From the NCBI GenBank assembly GCA_964354545.1, contig CAYHAE010000002.1:3847-67846 (forward strand): a stretch of 64,000 bases of DNA. The letters are read 5' to 3'. Made by a program: the position numbers and the translations under genes. Below are positions 27,128 to 36,570 of this stretch, piece after piece (the stretch's first letter is position 1; each line of letters starts with the position of its first letter). The notes beneath the pieces are model-generated. The model was given only the letters and a program-made list of their open reading frames with translations. It ran no database searches and was not told the DNA's origin. The DNA is from an uncultured Planctomycetia bacterium (GTDB lineage Bacteria > Omnitrophota > Gorgyraeia > 2-01-FULL-45-10 > JAHFGN01).

Positions 27128-27526
27128 ATGAGGATAGGACAGACCAAGATCAGAGTGAGGTATCAGGAGACGGACGCCATGGGCGTCGTCTATTACGGTC
27201 AGTACTTCGTGTGGTTTGAGGTCGCGCGGACCGAATTCCTGAGGGACTCGGGCGTTTCGTACAGGGACCTGGAGAAAGAGGGGCTTCGCCTTATGGTCGT
27301 TGAGGCATCGTGCCGATACAAATACCCGTGCCGGTACGATGATCTCGTGAGCGTCCACACGTGGGTGAGCACGATAGAGAGGACGAGCCTTTTTTTTGAC
27401 TACAAGGTATATGTGGGAGAGAAAATTGCCGCGCTTGGCAGGACCGCGCACGTATGTACCTCTCCATCCCTGAAACCTATCAAGATCCCGCCAAAGTTGC
27501 GAGAGGCACTCACTGGGCAAGGGTAA
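27128..27526 (+). CDS. acyl-CoA thioesterase, YbgC/4HBT family
   Basis: 132 aa. RYQETDAMGVVYYGQYFVWFE hot-dog fold motif. Confidence 0.75.
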   Translation: MRIGQTKIRVRYQETDAMGVVYYGQYFVWFEVARTEFLRDSGVSYRDLEKEGLRLMVVEASCRYKYPCRYDDLVSVHTWVSTIERTSLFFDYKVYVGEKIAALGRTAHVCTSPSLKPIKIPPKLREALTGQG

Positions 27527-28130
27527 GCGTAATCTCGGTATCGCTGTACATCACCACCACATTATTCTTGTTGATCTTCACCACCCGCGCATCCGCAACC
27601 GTATCGCCTTCCCCGACCATCTTGTTGTTGATGACCGCGTAGCACTCCTTACCATATCCCATAATGCCGCTCAGGGAAAGCTCAGGTGCTGCAACAGGGG
27701 ATTTCATGTGAGGGTCAAAAGACGGGGGCAGCTGCGCCGCCTCTTTCTCTTGCCGAGGCGTTGCTGCGAATGGGGCGGTCTCGGGCTGTGCCGGATAAAC
27801 GGCCTCTTGCTGACGGGACGGCGCATAGGCTGTTTCCGGTCTGCGTGGTTGAATTGAGCGGGGCATCGGCCTAAAGAAGACGACCATGGTCACGAACAGC
27901 GTGAGCGCAACGAGCCCGGCCATAAGGCCGCCCACCACCGCGATCGTGGACACATGCGTGCGTCGTTCGACCTTCTTCTCAAAGGGGCCCGGGATATCCT
28001 TCAGGAAGGGCTCCTGCTCCAAGGCCTTCTCGAGCAGGGGAGATTCGCGCGCGGAGAAGGCGATGTCGAATTCCTGCGCCACCCTCCTTTTCTCCTCAGC
28101 TTTTTTTAGCGCTTCGCTGATAATGCTCAT
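27510..28130 (-). CDS. GspB/ExeB-like membrane protein (partner of ExeA-like ATPase)
   Basis: 206 aa. N-term cytoplasmic segment, one TM, Pro-rich linker, C-terminal conserved domain (GIMGYGKECYAVINNKMVGEGD). Located 3 nt downstream of the exeA-like gene. Confidence 0.5.
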   Translation of the reverse strand: MSIISEALKKAEEKRRVAQEFDIAFSARESPLLEKALEQEPFLKDIPGPFEKKVERRTHVSTIAVVGGLMAGLVALTLFVTMVVFFRPMPRSIQPRRPETAYAPSRQQEAVYPAQPETAPFAATPRQEKEAAQLPPSFDPHMKSPVAAPELSLSGIMGYGKECYAVINNKMVGEGDTVADARVVKINKNNVVVMYSDTEITLTLAQ

Positions 28131-28133
28131 TCG

Positions 28134-28970
28134 CTACCCCGCTGCGTGCGCGATGTGCGCAACGCCCTCTTCGAGCTCCTGGATGCTTTTCGATATGATG
28201 GGAAGCGTTATGTCCTTCGTCTCCAGGACATACGCCAAGAGGAGCGCCTTGTCACACACCATGTTGATAAGCCTTGGTATCCCGCCTGAATATGTATAGA
28301 TCTCCTGGATCGCGTCGTCGGCAAACCGAATGTCGCCGTTCGATCCCGCGACCTTGAGCCTGTGGTAGATGTACTGAAATATTTCGTCGGGCTCAAGAGG
28401 GGTGATGTGGAACCTCACGGCGATGCGCTGCCTCAGCTGGGCCAATTCCGGGGAGCACAATTTTTCCCTCAATTCCGGCTGCCCCACGAGTATTATCTGG
28501 AACAACTTCTCTTTTTCTGTCTCGAGGTTCGAGAGCATCCGTATCTCCTCGAGCGCCCGGGGTTTCAAATTCTGAGCCTCGTCTATGATGAGGACCACGT
28601 TCCTCCCGCGGGTGAGCTCGTTGAGCAGAAACTCGTTGAACCGCTTGAGAAGAGAGAGTTTGGTATTTCGCTTTTCGATGGCGACGCCGAGGTCTTCGAG
28701 TATGGCCTTGAGGAGCTGTGATTCCGGGAGGGTGGAGTTGAATATGAGAGCGGACTTCGTATCCTTATCGAGCTGGTTCAGGAGGGCGCGGCAGAGGGTG
28801 GTCTTTCCCGCACCGATCTCGCCCGTGATCTCAAGGAACCCCTTCCTCTCCTTGATCCCGTATATGAGCTGGTCAAACGCCTCTTTGTGGACGCGGCTCA
28901 AGAAAAGGAAGTTCGGATCGCTCGTAACGCTGAACGGTTTCTCTTTGAGGCCGAAAAAATCCCTGTACAT
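28134..28970 (-). CDS. ExeA/GspA/MshM-like AAA ATPase (PEP-CTERM-locus-type secretion ATPase family)
   Basis: N-term MYRDFFGLKEKPFS matches ExeA. Walker A GEIGAGKTTL, Walker B LIIDEAQNL. An alternative TTG start at 28997 is possible. Confidence 0.75.
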   Translation of the reverse strand: MYRDFFGLKEKPFSVTSDPNFLFLSRVHKEAFDQLIYGIKERKGFLEITGEIGAGKTTLCRALLNQLDKDTKSALIFNSTLPESQLLKAILEDLGVAIEKRNTKLSLLKRFNEFLLNELTRGRNVVLIIDEAQNLKPRALEEIRMLSNLETEKEKLFQIILVGQPELREKLCSPELAQLRQRIAVRFHITPLEPDEIFQYIYHRLKVAGSNGDIRFADDAIQEIYTYSGGIPRLINMVCDKALLLAYVLETKDITLPIISKSIQELEEGVAHIAHAAG

Positions 28971-28997
28971 TACGGTCTGTATCGTTTGAGCTATCAA

Positions 28998-29117
28998 TGT
29001 ACATAGTATACCTATAAATTACTGAAGTTGCAAATGCAAAATCTAAATCACACATTTTAATCTTGCAAATATAAAATTTCTAATGTATAATTAATCAATA
29101 TATCACGGGAGGCAAGG
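28998..29117. promoter_or_regulatory. AT-rich divergent promoter region with 2 x TTGCAAAT direct repeats
   Basis: Sits between the minus-strand exeA-like start and the plus-strand PilZ gene. TTGCAAAT at about 29028 and 29063. Confidence 0.35.
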
Positions 29118-29486
29118 ATGTGGAATGGGATAGACAGGAGGAAGTTTCCCCGCGGAGCGTACGTGTGTCTGATCACCATCCGGAGGAGGCTTACCTCAAA
29201 GATCATATCGACACATACTGAGAATATAGGCGCGGGAGGAATATGCGTGCTGATAAAGGAGGACCTCGGTCTCTTCCAGGGGGTTGACCTGGAGGTCCAT
29301 CTGGAGGACGACAACCCTCCCGTGAAGTGCGGGGGGACGGTGGTGTGGGTTGTGAAGAAGGCGAGCCCCAGGTCGAAAGGGGAGCATTTCTACGATACCG
29401 GGATCGAATTCATCGATATAAGGCCGGCAGAACAGGACCGCATATCGAGGATAGTCGAACAGCTGTTGGTCAAGGACAAACGATGA
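29118..29486 (+). CDS. PilZ-domain c-di-GMP receptor
   Basis: 122 aa. RRKFPR (RxxxR) and ENIGAGG (D/NxSxGG-like) motifs. Confidence 0.7.
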   Translation: MWNGIDRRKFPRGAYVCLITIRRRLTSKIISTHTENIGAGGICVLIKEDLGLFQGVDLEVHLEDDNPPVKCGGTVVWVVKKASPRSKGEHFYDTGIEFIDIRPAEQDRISRIVEQLLVKDKR

Positions 29487-29490
29487 ATCC

Positions 29491-29519
29491 TTGACAAAGG
29501 ATGTAATATGTGGTATACT
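29491..29519 (+). promoter_or_regulatory. promoter TTGACA-17-TATACT for the TIGR04073-like gene
   Basis: Consensus -35, near-consensus -10, about 50 nt upstream of ATG 29570. Confidence 0.5.
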
Positions 29520-29569
29520 TCTTCAAAAGAAGTATCCATGTATTACAGGAGAGGAGGTGAAGACGGGCG

Positions 29570-29905
29570 ATGAAGAGAATGATGAAAGGAATTATCCTAT
29601 GTCTAGCTATATTAGTGGTGCTCAATATAGCTACATCGGGTTACGCCCAAGATGCGGGTCGGAAACTCTATAGAGGTCTTGCGAACATCTTGACGGGTTG
29701 GGTGGAACTCCCGAAGAACATTTATGACACGAGCGTTGAGGATAATCCTCTCTCTGGACTGACAATAGGATTGGCGAAGGGAGTCGGCATGACGATCGTG
29801 AGGACGGGCGCGGGGATCTATGAAACAGTCACGTTCCCATTCCCAATTCCAGAGGGATATACACCAGTTTTAGAGCCAGAGTTTGTATTTAAAAGCAGCA
29901 AATAA
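29570..29905 (+). CDS. small secreted protein resembling the exosortase-system-associated TIGR04073 family
   Basis: 111 aa. Signal peptide. RGLANILTGWVELPKNI core and C-terminal PVLEPEFVF. Paralog of the 36156 gene. Own promoter and terminator. Confidence 0.5.
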   Translation: MKRMMKGIILCLAILVVLNIATSGYAQDAGRKLYRGLANILTGWVELPKNIYDTSVEDNPLSGLTIGLAKGVGMTIVRTGAGIYETVTFPFPIPEGYTPVLEPEFVFKSSK

Positions 29906-29940
29906 TACAAGACATCTGGCGTAGTTCGCGACAATTCAAT

Positions 29941-29984
29941 AAGGGGATAGAAAGGTCGAAAACTTTTTATCCCTTTATTTTTTA
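29941..29984 (+). terminator. putative intrinsic terminator (long-loop hairpin + T-run)
   Basis: AAGGGGATA ... TATCCCTT followed by TATTTTTTA, downstream of the 29570 gene. Confidence 0.4.
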
Positions 29985-30026
29985 TGGCACAGGCGAACCT
30001 GCTTTGGGTTCGCACGAAAAAATGAT

Positions 30027-30055
30027 TTGAATTTTTGTGTAGCGTGATGTAGAAT
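30027..30055 (+). promoter_or_regulatory. putative promoter TTGAAT-17-TAGAAT for the second PilZ gene
   Basis: Read directly. Confidence 0.4.
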
Positions 30056-30080
30056 AGTGCTTGGCAGAAAGGGGGAAGCA

Positions 30081-30446
30081 ATGGCTATTGTGGAGAGGAG
30101 AAAGTATATGCGGTTCAGCACCGTGCTGCACGGCGGATATGAGCTGCCCGATGGCCAGACGAAGGGACGGTCGGAAATAAAGAACCTCAGCAGGGAAGGG
30201 ATCAGCATCCTCGTTGATCGGAAGATCGACAGCGGGACTGAGATAGACCTCACTGTTGACATTCCAGGCGACAATGTGCCGATATATGCTCGTGCGCAGG
30301 TCGCGTGGAATAAGAAGTTGGATTCTGGCGAAAGGATCGCCTATGCGACCGGCCTCAAGTTTACCAGGATCGACAGGTTCGATAGGGCGCGGCTATTGGA
30401 CTTTGTCTACACCCAATGGATGAAGTTCCTGAAGAAAGAAGTGTAG
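30081..30446 (+). CDS. PilZ-domain c-di-GMP receptor
   Basis: 121 aa. RRKYMR (RxxxR) and NLSREG (DxSxxG) motifs. AAGGGGGAAG RBS. Confidence 0.7.
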   Translation: MAIVERRKYMRFSTVLHGGYELPDGQTKGRSEIKNLSREGISILVDRKIDSGTEIDLTVDIPGDNVPIYARAQVAWNKKLDSGERIAYATGLKFTRIDRFDRARLLDFVYTQWMKFLKKEV

Positions 30447-30473
30447 TTCCTTGACCTCGCAGGAAGGAAAAAA

Positions 30474-30722
30474 GTGAGCGACGATACGCCAAAGGCTGAG
30501 GAGAAGGCGCAGCCGGCAAGCGCGCCAGCCCAGGCCGACGCGCCAGGGGCCGTAAAGGCCGCCACGCTGTCAGTCGGGAAGAACGCCCGGCCCAAGAATT
30601 GCGTTCAATGCAACAAAACGCTAAAAAAGAAGTGGTATTTTAGAAACGGGAAGTATTACTGCACCAAGAGGTGCTGGAAGGGTACGCTCAAGAAGAAGGA
30701 AGAGCCGACCGCAGCCGCGTAA
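30474..30722 (+). CDS. small protein with C-terminal TRASH/MYM-like zinc ribbon
   Basis: 82 aa. GTG start. CVQC-x16-CTKRC. Ala/Pro-rich N-term. Confidence 0.4.
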   Translation: MSDDTPKAEEKAQPASAPAQADAPGAVKAATLSVGKNARPKNCVQCNKTLKKKWYFRNGKYYCTKRCWKGTLKKKEEPTAAA

Positions 30723-30777
30723 GGACGCAACGCGTGGATGCGCGAAGAGGCGGGAGAGATCCCCCCCCATCGATACG

Positions 30778-31338
30778 ATGCGAAAAAGCGAACTTTCCAG
30801 TCGAGAAGCCCTCTATCCGGTACCCGTCGTTTTGGTAACCTGCCGAGACCGCGCGAGTGAAAAGAACAACATCATCACTCTGGCGTGGTGTGGAGTTGTA
30901 TCATCGATCCCTCCGACCATAAGCATTTCCATTCGACCCTCACGACTATCGCATTCCTTCATAAAGAAGAGCGGTGACTTTGCGGTCAATATACCTAAGG
31001 TAGATATGGTGCGGAAGGTTGACTTCTGCGGTGTCAATTCCGGCAAAGAGGTCGACAAGTTCCGCTCCTGCGATTTTAACCCCGAAGACCCGCGCGTGAT
31101 ATCGTCGCCGATGATACGCGAGTGCCCGGTGAGCATCGAATGCGCGGTGAAGGACGTACAGCACTTGGGGTCTCACGACATGTTTTTAGGAGAGGTCCTT
31201 GCTGTCCATGCGGACGATGCGGTCCTCGACAAAGACGGCCGCATCGATTTTAAAAAGGCGGAACCCATCGTCTACTGCCAGGGCCAGTACTGGAGCCTCG
31301 GCGCGATGCTCGGTGAGTACGGCTTCTCAAAAAGATGA
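30778..31338 (+). CDS. flavin reductase-like FMN-binding domain protein
   Basis: 186 aa. PVVLVTCRD...NIITLAWCG split-barrel motifs. Confidence 0.7.
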   Translation: MRKSELSSREALYPVPVVLVTCRDRASEKNNIITLAWCGVVSSIPPTISISIRPSRLSHSFIKKSGDFAVNIPKVDMVRKVDFCGVNSGKEVDKFRSCDFNPEDPRVISSPMIRECPVSIECAVKDVQHLGSHDMFLGEVLAVHADDAVLDKDGRIDFKKAEPIVYCQGQYWSLGAMLGEYGFSKR

Positions 31339-31802
31339 TGCTCGTGAGCGCATGCCTCGCCGGGAAGAGCTGTACTCACCGCGGGAAAAATGATCTGCGG
31401 CGGCGTATCGCGTGGGCGGTGAGAGAAGGGGCCGCTATACCGGTCTGCCCCGAAGAGCTCGGTGGCCTCGGGACGCCCCGCGAGGCGGCGGAGATCGCGG
31501 GCGGTAGCGGGGAAGACGTATTCCGCGGCAGGGCGAAGGTCTTCACGCACTCTCGCACAGACGTCACCGACATGTATATCGCGGGGGCACGCCGGACACT
31601 GGAGATCGTGAAGGAGCGCGGGTTGACGCGCGCGGTCCTGAAGGCGCTCAGCCCTTCGTGCGGGTGCGGATACATATATGACGGCACGTTCACGAAGAGG
31701 AGAGTGCGCGGCAACGGAGTGACTGCGGCGCTCCTCATCGAAAACGGCATTTCCGTGTGCACAGAGGAGGAGTTCTTAAAGCTGCGCCACGGCGATTCCT
31801 AA
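31335..31802 (+). CDS. DUF523 family protein (TudS-like)
   Basis: 155 aa. LVSACLAGKSCTHRGKN...IPVCPEELGGLGTPR conserved Cys pattern. Confidence 0.65.
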   Translation: MMLVSACLAGKSCTHRGKNDLRRRIAWAVREGAAIPVCPEELGGLGTPREAAEIAGGSGEDVFRGRAKVFTHSRTDVTDMYIAGARRTLEIVKERGLTRAVLKALSPSCGCGYIYDGTFTKRRVRGNGVTAALLIENGISVCTEEEFLKLRHGDS

Positions 31803-31936
31803 GGTGCAAAAGGCTTGATAATTTCTGCAGAGAGATGGTACAATAGGTGCCGTTGGTGCAAGCCCCCCGCGCGCTCGCAGGGAAGCGCGCATAGCGAGGG
31901 AGGGCAGAGCGAGACTTCATGAAAGAGGGCGGGGCG

Positions 31937-32287
31937 ATGTTCAAAGAAGACTGTGTATTCTGTAAGATTGTGCGGCGCGACATCAATGCAAAAGTGGTCT
32001 TCGAGGATAACAAGATCATGGCCTTCGATGATGTAAGGCCGCAGGCGCCGGTCCATGTCGTCGTTATCCCGAAATACCATATCGAGAAGTTTTCAGATGT
32101 CTCAGATGAGCACACGACCCTCATGGGGAAGCTTATGTTCACGGCGAAGAAGATAGCCAAGGAGAAAAAGATAGAGGAATCAGGGTATCGGATAGTGCTG
32201 AACTGCAATAGGGACGGAGGACAGGAGGTCTTTCACCTCCATCTCCATGTGTTGGGGGGCAGGCCGCTCGCCTGGCCTCCCGGATAG
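31937..32287 (+). CDS. HIT/HINT family protein
   Basis: 116 aa. CVFCKI...HLHLHVLGG histidine triad. An alternative start at 31919 is possible. Confidence 0.75.
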   Translation: MFKEDCVFCKIVRRDINAKVVFEDNKIMAFDDVRPQAPVHVVVIPKYHIEKFSDVSDEHTTLMGKLMFTAKKIAKEKKIEESGYRIVLNCNRDGGQEVFHLHLHVLGGRPLAWPPG

Positions 32288-32314
32288 TTTTTTCGGGAGC
32301 GGAAGGAATATGCC

Positions 32315-32674
32315 ATGACGGTAGAGAGAAGGGCTTATCCGCGCGTCGCCGATGATAAGGTGTCCCTGAGGTTAAAGGTTGACCACTTTGACACCATTAC
32401 GCATACCCTGAACATCAGCGCGTCAGGGGTCTACTGCAAGATAGCCAACGAGATACCCGTTATGTCTCGAGTGAAGATCGTGATGATGTTCCCGGATCAA
32501 AACTCTTCTCACGAACATCCGAAGTCCATCGAAATAACGGGCGTGGTGGTGAGAGAGCACCCCGTCATCATCAACGGCGAGATAAAACATTACGACGTCG
32601 CGATCTTTTTCGATGGGCTCACCCAAAAAGAAAAAGAGGTCATCGCCCAGTATGTGAACCGCCGGCTCGCATAA
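32315..32674 (+). CDS. PilZ-domain c-di-GMP receptor
   Basis: 119 aa. RRAYPR and NISASG motifs. Confidence 0.7.
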   Translation: MTVERRAYPRVADDKVSLRLKVDHFDTITHTLNISASGVYCKIANEIPVMSRVKIVMMFPDQNSSHEHPKSIEITGVVVREHPVIINGEIKHYDVAIFFDGLTQKEKEVIAQYVNRRLA

Positions 32675-32730
32675 CGAGGGCGTGAACAGGCGCCGGCCGG
32701 CGGGGGCTTCGCACTACGAGGAGACACTCC

Positions 32731-33252
32731 ATGCTGCTCGTCGCAGAACTCTTATTGATCGCGATCCTGCTGATGATCCTTTTCGTGCTGCGCGGAGAGG
32801 AGTCGGCGCTGCGGAAAACGCGCATGCCTCAGGGGCGTCTCGAGAGGTACTGGGACGGGAGCGAACGCCGGCGGCACGTGCGCATGGATACCGTGCTCAA
32901 TATAAAATATCAAATAGAGAAGAACCGGCCTGCGAGCGGCGTGACCGCGCACGATATATCGGAGCGCGGCATCAGGCTGCTCATCGATAAAAAATTGGAG
33001 CGCGGCACCGTCATCGATATGGAGATCCTGCAAAACGGGACCGGTAAGAGCATACGCATCAAGGGTGTCGTCGTATGGTGCAACGAGGCTAGGGAGCAGG
33101 GAAAGGATGTCGACAAGAGGCTCTTCCACACGGGCGTCAAGTTCATTGAAGTCACGCGAGACTCCTTCGCTGCGTTTGAAGAGCTTATGTGTTCCTTGGA
33201 AGAAGATCTTAAGGTAAAGAGCGGTGCCGATGGGAATGCCGCTGTCTCCTAA
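32731..33252 (+). CDS. membrane-anchored PilZ-domain protein
   Basis: 173 aa. N-terminal TM helix. RRRHVR and DISERG motifs. Confidence 0.65.
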   Translation: MLLVAELLLIAILLMILFVLRGEESALRKTRMPQGRLERYWDGSERRRHVRMDTVLNIKYQIEKNRPASGVTAHDISERGIRLLIDKKLERGTVIDMEILQNGTGKSIRIKGVVVWCNEAREQGKDVDKRLFHTGVKFIEVTRDSFAAFEELMCSLEEDLKVKSGADGNAAVS

Positions 33253-33763
33253 AAGGGTAAAGCTCATTGCGGGACTGATCTCGAACGAGGAGCGGTATCG
33301 TGAGTTGGCGCGCGCATCCCTCATCCGGAACTTCGGTCCGATAGACTTCGAAAGCGCGCCTATGGACTTTAGATCAACGGCGTACTACAATGAAGAGTTT
33401 GGCGAGAACCTGAAGCGCACGTTCATAAGCTTCGCGAAGCTTGCGAGGCCGGAGGGGATCGCCCGCGCGAAACTGGTGACGAATGCGCTCGAGGCTCGTC
33501 TTTCCCTCTCGGGCAAACGGCGCGTGAACATAGATCCGGGATACGTTGATCTCTCCAAGCTTGTGCTCCTCACCACTAAAGACTACTCGCACAGGATACA
33601 CCTGTCGAAAGGAATATACGGGGAGGTCACTCTCTATTACAGGGAGGGGACCTTCCGTGCGTGGGAGTGGACGTATCCTGACTACCGAACGCAAGGCTAT
33701 ATCGATATATTCAATACGATACGCGCGCTCTACAGGGGAGGAATAAGAAGCGATGTTGATTAA
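33236..33763 (+). CDS. DUF4416-like protein
   Basis: About 175 aa. VKLIAGLIS...VNIDPGYVDLSKLVLLTTKDYSHRIHL...WEWTYPDY pattern. Start uncertain (33224 or 33236). Confidence 0.5.
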   Translation: MPLSPKRVKLIAGLISNEERYRELARASLIRNFGPIDFESAPMDFRSTAYYNEEFGENLKRTFISFAKLARPEGIARAKLVTNALEARLSLSGKRRVNIDPGYVDLSKLVLLTTKDYSHRIHLSKGIYGEVTLYYREGTFRAWEWTYPDYRTQGYIDIFNTIRALYRGGIRSDVD

Positions 33764-34346
33764 ACCGAAGAGCCTCATAGTGATCTTCCTCTCAAGCATC
33801 GTGATTTCGTCCGTACTGATATTCACCCTCATCGGCTACTACATGTACATAGAGCTCAAGGAGAGGGATACCGAGAAGGCCCGCGCGGATTCAATAAAAA
33901 AGATACAGGCGAAGATCTTCTCAAAGTACATCGAGATTGCGCAGCTGTCGGGTGAGATAGAGACCTCCGGCCCCTTGAAGGGGAGGCCCAGCATCGCAGG
34001 GGTTATAAAGAATACGAGCGCGCGGCCTCTCTGTAACATCCTATTGAAGGTCAAATTTCTGGATACGAAAAAGGCCTCGATCTATGAAGTCGTATTCCAG
34101 CCGTTGGAACCCACCTTTGGCATAGACCAACTGGGGTCTATGACGATGTCCTACCTGGCAGGTCCTCCCAAGAATTTCCTTGAGCCAAACTCGTCAAAGG
34201 TCTTTAAGCGTCTCGTGCCCAATTGCCCGCGGGAGCTCTTCAAGCCGGTGGCCGAAAGCGCGAAAGGCAAGAAGGGAAAGACACAAAAGAGATTGAGTCA
34301 GTGGTCGGGCGGGTTGGCGGCTGAAGTTGTATCCGTCAGTCTATGA
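33753..34346 (+). CDS. hypothetical membrane-anchored protein
   Basis: 197 aa, N-terminal TM helix, no recognisable domain. Confidence 0.45.
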   Translation: MLIKPKSLIVIFLSSIVISSVLIFTLIGYYMYIELKERDTEKARADSIKKIQAKIFSKYIEIAQLSGEIETSGPLKGRPSIAGVIKNTSARPLCNILLKVKFLDTKKASIYEVVFQPLEPTFGIDQLGSMTMSYLAGPPKNFLEPNSSKVFKRLVPNCPRELFKPVAESAKGKKGKTQKRLSQWSGGLAAEVVSVSL

Positions 34347-34356
34347 GAGACGAGAT

Positions 34357-36066
34357 ATGAGGTCGATATACATTGCGATCGTGGTGGCTATCGTGGTGAG
34401 CATCCTGCTCTTGATCGCCACGTTTGTCTATCTCGAAAGAGAAAAGCACCAGACGTACTATTACACGGTCCGTGTGGAAGACACGCCGTACGGTTCTCTG
34501 CGGGTGGACCGGTATGTGACGGAGGATAAGAGGATCTATAAGGGCGTCTCCCAGACGCCATTTTCCGAAGACCTCACAGATTCTGAGGAGAGGTTAACCC
34601 TCTCCAATCAAGGCGAGTTGGATGAGTACCGGGAGGAGAGCTCGGGGATGGGCGCAGTAGAGTTCAACCTCATTAAAAACGATAAAGGCGTCGTCTCTTT
34701 CCTCTCCTCATACGGCTCGCGGTTTGCATACCTGAAGAGCATGCCGACAAAAGAGGACTCTTTCTTATTGAAGGATGAGTCGCTCGTTACCTACATGCCC
34801 CTCGTAGAGGGCTACGACTTTAAGAAAGGACGGGCCCAGGGTTTCCGCACGATACTCTACTTCGACAATGCCCTTCCTCCGATGAAGATAGTGCTCACCC
34901 TCACTTCTATCCGCGATGAGTATATAAAGATAGACGGATGGAGAGTGAAGACAGAGTGCATCCTTGTGAGGGCTCGCGGACATCCCCAGATCACGGTGTG
35001 GGTTTCAAAGGCGGACCACTCAATTGTCATGGTGGATGTCCACAGCAAGCACCTGAGGTTCTCGAGGACATTCTCGCCCAAAGAATTTGCGGCGAAAAAG
35101 GGACCCGCGAAAAGGCTTCCGGAGACAGGGCAGGCAGTCGTGTTCAAGAGCAAGAGGATTACTCTCTCGGGCGTCCTTTCCATGCCGCAGAGCGAAGGCG
35201 CGTGCGTGCCCGTGCTTATGATCCCGGATTCCGGGGTAGCAGACAGGGATTGTCTCGGAATATTTTCCGCCATAGCGGATCGCCTTGTCGAGAACGGTTA
35301 TGCCGTGTTACGGTGGGATAGAAGGGGTATCGGCGCATCGCAGGGAGACTATGGGACGTCAAGCGACGAGGACGAGGAAGGAGATATCCGCGCCGCCATC
35401 GACTTTCTATCGACGCAAAAAAATGTTGATAGTGAGAAAATTGTGCTATTAGGATATTCAAAGGGTGGTTACTTCGCATCTAAAATCGCATCTGAAAATC
35501 CTCGTGTGAAGGGATGCATCATCATGGCCGGTCTCGCATATACGAACGGTGCAGTTTCGGACTTCCAGATGTTGAGGACGAGGGCCTCTCGGGAAAATTG
35601 GCCTGAGGACTATCTGGCGCTTGTCCTGCAGTCGCGGCTGCAGAGCTTAGAGATCGTCAACAACAGGGAGAGGAGCTCTCAGACGATCCTTGGCCGCAGG
35701 TGCTACTTGCAGAAGATGCGAGAAGAGCTGAACGAGCGGCCGCTTGAGGTGATCAAGGGCGTGAAAGTGCCCGTGCTCCTTCTGCACGGCTCGAACGACG
35801 ATCAGGTGCCGAGCGAGTATTCCAAGATGCTGGATAAGAGCCTTGAGGAAGCGGGAAATTCGCAGCGTACGCTCATGTACTTCGGCTATCTCGATCACTA
35901 TTTCGGGAAGAAAGAATTTAACGGTAAGAGCAAGGTCGCCTATATACCGGACCCCCAGGTTCTTGACACGATAGTGCAGTGGTTGAAAAATAATGTGGGC
36001 ATGCTCAGCGTTCCCGCCGCTCCTCTCCCACAGGGCGATGAGACGGCTGCGGGAGAGCGTCCGTAA
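34357..36066 (+). CDS. membrane-anchored alpha/beta hydrolase (S9/dienelactone-hydrolase-like)
   Basis: About 569 aa. N-term TM. GYSKGG nucleophile elbow, later LLHGSNDDQVP. An alternative start at 34327 is possible. Confidence 0.65.
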   Translation: MRSIYIAIVVAIVVSILLLIATFVYLEREKHQTYYYTVRVEDTPYGSLRVDRYVTEDKRIYKGVSQTPFSEDLTDSEERLTLSNQGELDEYREESSGMGAVEFNLIKNDKGVVSFLSSYGSRFAYLKSMPTKEDSFLLKDESLVTYMPLVEGYDFKKGRAQGFRTILYFDNALPPMKIVLTLTSIRDEYIKIDGWRVKTECILVRARGHPQITVWVSKADHSIVMVDVHSKHLRFSRTFSPKEFAAKKGPAKRLPETGQAVVFKSKRITLSGVLSMPQSEGACVPVLMIPDSGVADRDCLGIFSAIADRLVENGYAVLRWDRRGIGASQGDYGTSSDEDEEGDIRAAIDFLSTQKNVDSEKIVLLGYSKGGYFASKIASENPRVKGCIIMAGLAYTNGAVSDFQMLRTRASRENWPEDYLALVLQSRLQSLEIVNNRERSSQTILGRRCYLQKMREELNERPLEVIKGVKVPVLLLHGSNDDQVPSEYSKMLDKSLEEAGNSQRTLMYFGYLDHYFGKKEFNGKSKVAYIPDPQVLDTIVQWLKNNVGMLSVPAAPLPQGDETAAGERP

Positions 36067-36086
36067 TAGCACATATGAAAATTGAT

Positions 36087-36116
36087 TTGACATCTACATA
36101 TGATATATGATATACT
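36087..36116 (+). promoter_or_regulatory. promoter TTGACA-18-TATACT for the TIGR04073-like paralog
   Basis: Same hexamers as the 29491 promoter. Confidence 0.5.
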
Positions 36117-36155
36117 TTACCCGAAATTGGTCACTATAAAAAAGGAGGTGGATAG

Positions 36156-36548
36156 ATGAATATAGTGAAGATTGGCCTCATCATAGTGTTGGTAATGAGC
36201 GTCGCAACCCTATCATATGCGGCCTCGAACGTAACGCCGGCGACAGGCGGCGCGAAGAGCGAGAGGACGCCATGGGTGAAACATGCAGATGTGAAGGGGG
36301 CTTCAGATAAAGTCGACAGGGGCTTACGGGGCGTGCTCTTTTGCTGGACCGCGATACCGAAATCGATTGTAGATACTACGAAAGAAACGAAGAACCCGAT
36401 TCTAGGCCTCACCGTCGGAACGTGGACTGGCTTGAGGAAGATGCTGCCGAAGGCCGCGTCAGGGGCTGCAGACCTTGCCTCACTCGCGAAGCAGGATCCC
36501 ACTAAACCTCTCATAAGCCCGGACGAGATGCAAGGGGCAACGAAATAG
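36156..36548 (+). CDS. small secreted protein, paralog of 29570 (TIGR04073-like)
   Basis: 130 aa. Signal peptide. RGLRGVLFCWTAIPKSIVDT...NPILGLTVGTWTG aligns with RGLANILTGWVELPKNIYDT...NPLSGLTIG. Confidence 0.5.
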   Translation: MNIVKIGLIIVLVMSVATLSYAASNVTPATGGAKSERTPWVKHADVKGASDKVDRGLRGVLFCWTAIPKSIVDTTKETKNPILGLTVGTWTGLRKMLPKAASGAADLASLAKQDPTKPLISPDEMQGATK

Positions 36549-36570
36549 GAAAGCGTTAATCCTTTGTGAA

